Source: Candidatus Poseidoniaceae archaeon (GTDB lineage: Archaea; Thermoplasmatota; Poseidoniia; Poseidoniales; Poseidoniaceae). Taken from it: a DNA stretch of 32,000 nt. The notes under the pieces are model-generated. The model was not told the DNA's origin, searched no databases, and saw only the letters and a program-made list of their open reading frames with translations. The stretch is taken from positions 270,001 through 302,000 of the forward strand of contig CALSTM010000003.1 of NCBI GenBank assembly GCA_943789275.1, given 5' to 3'. Positions 31,980-32,000 of the stretch are shown in pieces (within the stretch, counting starts at the first letter, position 1; every line of letters starts with the position of its first letter). The translations under genes and the position numbers were made by a program.

Positions 31980-32000
31980 CTGGGCAGGACAAGGGCGATT

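Overview
This 32-kb chromosomal fragment is gene-dense, with GC near 50% by eye. I see no rRNA, CRISPR array, transposase, integrase or recognisable defence genes, and I did not find a self-contained multi-gene novel system.

Likely origin (inference, not verifiable without a database search): an aerobic heterotrophic planktonic archaeon, Marine Group II/III-like.
- The information-processing genes are archaeal: a FEN1 flap endonuclease and a THUMP-domain tRNA m2G methyltransferase.
- Several first-in-unit genes have a TATA-like box about 27-30 nt upstream of the ATG, which suggests leaderless mRNAs. Operon-internal genes carry GGAGG or GAGGTGA Shine-Dalgarno sites and ATGA stop/start overlaps.
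- Many metabolic genes look bacterial-type: homodimeric AceE, fused RibD and an Hc1-like protein.

Gene order:
- 3' end of coxI, coxIII with a His-rich N-terminal extension, a small subunit-IV-like protein, and a SCO1/SenC copper chaperone.
- tRNA-Ser(UGA).
- A lipobox/TM protein with a long disordered tail.
- A DAG/lipid kinase (minus strand), then ribD and a GNAT acetyltransferase.
- A Liv-type ABC transporter: tandem-duplicated binding protein, 1202-aa fused LivH-LivM permease, livG and livF.
- A TauE/SafE exporter (minus strand) and two unknown membrane proteins.
- An aldo/keto reductase, a cupin, and a frameshifted Rieske oxygenase.
- A small membrane protein, then a TSP3-repeat/transglutaminase-like surface protein.
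- An SRPBCC-like protein (minus strand) and aceE (minus strand).
- A 59-aa Hc1-like protein, a polytopic membrane protein (minus strand), and a family III CoA-transferase.
- fen1 (minus strand), the THUMP methyltransferase, and a YkgJ-type Cys-cluster protein (minus strand).

The most unusual items are protein architectures rather than systems:
- The SCO1 domain is apparently split by a ~280-aa insertion containing two DUF4430-like repeats plus a Cys-rich module.
- The two-lobe binding protein and the LivH-LivM fusion joined by a TM2-like linker.
- The His-rich CoxIII extension.
- The Hc1-like protein in an archaeal context.

All family assignments come from motifs I read in the translations. 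No searches were run.
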